Shown: positions 63,997 to 64,000 of the stretch, in pieces | How the letters are laid out: every line of letters starts with the position of its first letter | Numbering within the stretch: position 1 is the stretch's first letter | Assembly: GCF_021869535.1 (NCBI RefSeq) | Contig: NW_026262582.1 | Coordinates: forward strand, 53,010,001-53,074,000 | Direction: 5' to 3' | Length of the DNA: 64,000 bases | From: Mytilus californianus | Lineage: Eukaryota | Notes under the pieces: model-generated | What the model was told of the DNA's origin: nothing | Seen by the model: only the letters and a program-made list of their open reading frames with translations | Databases searched by the model: none | Program-made: the position numbers and the translations under genes

Positions 63997-64000
63997 ATGT

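Overview
AT-rich eukaryotic (bivalve, most likely Mytilus-type mussel) genomic DNA with no operons and no CRISPR array. The only host protein-coding sequence I can support is a single-exon cholecystokinin/sulfakinin-type neuropeptide precursor (30039-30452). It keeps one amidated peptide (pQGDWDVDYGLGGGRW-NH2), and its second peptide has eroded in frame. The rest is repeat-derived: a decayed DIRS-type tyrosine-recombinase retrotransposon with an internal gag duplication (16.5-20.4 kb), a BEL/Pao LTR element (32.9-36.5 kb), two families of Penelope-like elements (PLE-A at 39.3-42.0 and 55.8-61.8 kb; PLE-B at 57.6-58.8 kb plus fragments), a CR1/L2-type LINE, tRNA-derived SINEs, several non-autonomous TIR transposons, hammerhead-ribozyme/retrozyme-like repeats, minisatellites and a 3.3-kb tandem duplication. 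The most striking observation is that PLE-A looks like a selenoprotein-encoding retrotransposon. It has an in-frame TGA at the first position of a CxC-type motif (39400-39402) and a well-formed type II SECIS hairpin about 100 nt after the ORF stop (41338-41412). Its 3' UTR is also the source of the most frequent short repeat in the window. All alignments and folds were done by eye; no searches were run.
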